A stretch of DNA of 62,438 nt, the filler included. It is 5 parts of 5 records of this genome, joined end to end, with 100 filler letters (N's around TTAATTAATTAA, not from the genome) between each part and the next. Parts side by side here need not be neighbours in the genome. Positions count along the whole stretch, not along the records: positions 56,963 to 62,438 come from SRR31156797_5562; 4 more parts are not named here. One strand, written 5' to 3'. The notes beneath the pieces were generated by a model. It ran no database searches. It had not been told where the DNA came from and saw only the letters and a list, made by a program, of their open reading frames with translations. Shown piece after piece: positions 62,428 through 62,438 of this stretch (position 1 is its first letter; every line of letters starts with the position of its first letter). The translations under genes were made by a program, and so were the position numbers.

Positions 62428-62438
62428 AAATTTGTAAT

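Overview
The window is not one locus. It is five unrelated bacterial contigs joined by 100-nt N spacers, each carrying TTAATTAATTAA (stops in all six frames). (1) 1-30026, Bacteroidota-like: a minus-strand rhamnogalacturonan-type polysaccharide utilisation locus with two SusC/SusD pairs, three fasciclin-type lipoproteins, a repeat-rich T9SS cargo protein and two PL11 lyases fused to autotransporter-type beta-helix repeats and T9SS CTDs, followed by rhaM and a truncated transketolase. (2) 30127-36843, very AT-rich and Arcobacter-like: RND permease end, SDR/DUF2867, TsoY-like membrane protein, a GGDEF protein with an ASCH-like N-terminus, nfeD-SPFH and the end of a cytochrome c. (3) 36944-50994, Bacillota-like: a TetR-linked operon encoding thiolase, FabG/PhaB-like reductase, atypical FabH-like enzyme, LIV-type ABC importer, CoA-transferase and two alpha/beta hydrolases. 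(4) 51095-56862: rpoC end, lysE-type gene, rpsL-rpsG-fusA-tuf. (5) 56963-62438: hybrid kinase, TRIC protein, REC-HD-GYP, an unannotated 52-aa gene and a LacI regulator. The best leads are the catabolic operon with three palindromic operators, a twice-repeated structured RNA element in PUL leaders, the ASCH-like-GGDEF fusion and the operator-linked small gene. Taxonomy and family calls come from recognising motifs by eye; no searches were run.
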